Source: the human T2T-CHM13v2.0 reference genome, Homo sapiens. From it: a DNA stretch of 64,000 nucleotides. Under the pieces are notes generated by a model, which searched no databases, had not been told where the DNA came from, and worked only from the letters and a program-made list of their open reading frames with translations. Below are positions 59,958 through 64,000 of this stretch, one piece after another. The position numbers and the translations under genes were made by a program. How positions within the stretch are numbered: position 1 is the stretch's first letter; each line of letters begins with the position of its first letter. The stretch lies in NCBI RefSeq assembly GCF_009914755.1, contig NC_060926.1. One strand, written 5' to 3'.

Positions 59958-60255
59958 CAGTACTGTCCAATAAAAATATAATGCAGGCCATATATGTAAT
60001 TTTAAAATTTATTATAGCCATATTTAAAAAATAAACAGGTAAAATTAATTTTAAGATATTTTATTAAACACAATCTGGCAGTATCATTTTATAATATAAT
60101 CAAGATAGATTTCTGAGATATTTTTGTTCTTTTCATACTACATGTTCAAAATCCAGTGTATATTTTACACTTACAGTATATTTCAAGTTGTATAACCACA
60201 CTTCAAATACTCAATAAATACATGTGACTGGTGGCTACAGTATCAAAAAGTGCAG
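59958..60255. mobile_element. MER33-like hAT-Charlie element
   Basis: Starts cagtactgtccaata; perfect 8-bp TSD ttctaaac at 59950-59957 and 60256-60263, the length typical of hAT elements. Confidence 0.85.
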
Positions 60256-61246
60256 TTCTAAACATAACACAAAACCCATGTATAAGACTGAACTCATCTT
60301 TTTCCTTAAATCTGTCCCTCTTATATTCCCTGTATTAGTGAGTATCAGCATCTATGTACACAAGGAAGCCAGAAATCATCCCACATCCCACCACTCCCTT
60401 AACATGACACACCTAATTAATCCCTAAAGTCCTTTTCATTCTACCTCCTAAATGTCTCTCAGCTCTCTATATTGTAATGGCTTCTTTGTAAGTATGTTCA
60501 ACCACTGGACTCCATTAAGTCACGGACTATGTTTTCTCTTCTTTATGTCCTCAATACTGCACAGAGTACCGGACATATAGCAGATACCCATTAACCATTT
60601 GCTTTGACAATCATTAATCATTTGCTATATGGAAAAAGCCAGAAAAAGTTTTCTGAGGCAACTGAGAACTAAACCTCAGAATAAAAAGACTAGAAGTCAA
60701 AGGAGAGTTAAACAACTGAAATGAAAACATCAGGAAGCCAAAAAGAAGGTAATACATTAAAATCCAAATAAAATTCTAAAGGTAAAAGTATTGGACAATA
60801 ATTGGATTTAAAGTAGCAACTAAGGTAAGTTTAAACATGATAAACACACTAAGTAACCAACTTTACATTCATTACATTTGGCTTTAATAAAATATACTAC
60901 ATGATATATTCTATTTATACATTCAAATCCAGATTCCTTACTAAAATATTTGATCTACTTTAAACCAAATAATCTTGTACTAAAACATATGCATAAGGCT
61001 TAACACATTGGTAGAGCTGATTTGAACAAACTGAAGACTTACAAGCTGACAGAATTTAAAGACAATTTAGAGACCATTTAGTCCAAGTCTATCTTCTTCC
61101 AGATAAGGAAATGAAAACTAGAGTATTAAAATAATCTGTCAGTGGTCATAGAGAGCAAGTTAGAGCTGTTCTGCTATATTTAATACTATTTATGAGTAAA
61201 TCCTAAAATTATTTGTGTTATTTAAAAAATTAAAATAAGTATCATC

Positions 61247-62757
<1,511 letters not shown>

Positions 62758-63806
62758 ATATCTTAATATGCATGCTTAAGATCAATGGGAAATGCAAATC
62801 AAAACAAAAATGAAATTAGATATATAACAATCTGATTTACAGGATATTTTACAGAAATATATCAATGATGTGAGTTTATTATGTTTAAAATATTAATTCC
62901 ATTGAATTTTAGATTTTGAGAGCTTCTAAAAATTTGAAGGAAAAAAAAAGTAGTTCCAAAATAAATATGCCTCTGTCAGGTCAAACTGCTGGTCCAAGGA
63001 AATAATAAAAATAAATTAACAAAACAAAACAAACATGCCTGAAATTTTAAATTTTAAAATAAAGTATATGTATAAATCCCTTCAGCATAGCAGACAAGAT
63101 TCAAGTTAGCTACATTTTGTGTATATTGGAATTCCTGTACACTGTCATCATAAGGCTATGATGTCTTTTATTTCCAGAGGTAAAGGGGCAATAATTTAAA
63201 AAATAAAGACTTTCAGTCTAAAATTTTCAGGTTATTTACTTCAAGTTTACATATAATTCCTCCAACAGAATACAGATTTTTATTAGCTAATTCATAAAAT
63301 CTTCATCATCACTTAAGAACAGTAATTTGGTCTGCTATCAAAACCAAAAATATACTAAGTTATTTAATAAATTTTAAAAAACAACAATGCTGTTCAGAAG
63401 GAGTCAAAAGAAGGACTCAAAAAAAAATATTTCAGGTAGTCGTGAAACAAACAGGAATTAGAGTCAAGGTATCCCATCATCTGCTATGGTTATTACTGCT
63501 TAACAGTAAATAATGGTATTAGTATCTTACTGTTCCTAAAGCTAAAGTACTTCTCTAGAAAGTATTTTAAATCCGTATATATTATTCTTAAATATTCTCA
63601 TTAATCAAACAAAATTATGATGACGGAAATTCCTACTAGAATAGGGATTATTCTTATAGTCAGTATTTATATGATGACACATTGCATTTTGTACATTTAA
63701 AGATAGGGAAAAAATATATTATTTCAACATGTTAAGTCTTGAATTACTAATCTGAAATTAAAGAAAAAGCCTTAGAGCATTAAAATCCCACACCTGAAAG
63801 ACTTAC

Positions 63807-63883
63807 CATTTTATCTAGATGTTCAATGGATCTATAAATCTCCCCCTGGGATTCATCATAGTAACTGTAACGGAACCTTTGAC
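63807..63883 (-). CDS. MEMO1: MEMO1 internal coding exon (third from last); gene continues beyond window end
   Basis: Reverse complement reads (G)GT CAA AGG... = [26 protein letters not shown], matching MEMO1. Acceptor AG at 63884-63885, donor GTAAGT at 63801-63806. 77 nt, ends in phase 0. Confidence 0.97.
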
Positions 63884-64000
63884 CTTGAAACAAATATCAT
63901 GTACAAAATAAAATAGGGAAAAATTAGAAGCTAAAAAGAAAGCAAGCGCTTACCAAATAATTTCAGTTCTCATGAAAGGCAAAGCACAGCTTAAGCCTCT

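Overview
Human (primate) genomic DNA, AT-rich and dominated by repeats. The only functional coding sequence I can support is the last three coding exons and 3'UTR of MEMO1 on the minus strand (63807-63883, 50256-50360, 48769-48900; poly(A) signals near 48360 and 48250). The first ~10.4 kb is one old minus-strand LINE-1 (5'UTR, ORF1, start of ORF2) that has taken five later retro-insertions: a younger L1 3' end, a KRT18 processed pseudogene, an AK2 (isoform B) processed pseudogene, a twin-primed 5'-inverted L1PA, and an Alu. Four of the five show both target-site duplications (TSDs); the first runs off the window edge. The rest holds about 35 Alu elements (one a human-specific AluYa5), L1/L2/MIR/MaLR/DNA-transposon relics and microsatellites. 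I found no convincing novel biological system. The most notable unexplained structures are two dispersed local duplications, a tail-to-tail inverted Alu pair 27 bp apart, candidate minus-strand exons downstream of MEMO1, an intronic antisense CCAAT/TATA arrangement, and non-B DNA tracts. Locus-specific pseudogene symbols and repeat subfamily names come from recall and were not checked by any search.
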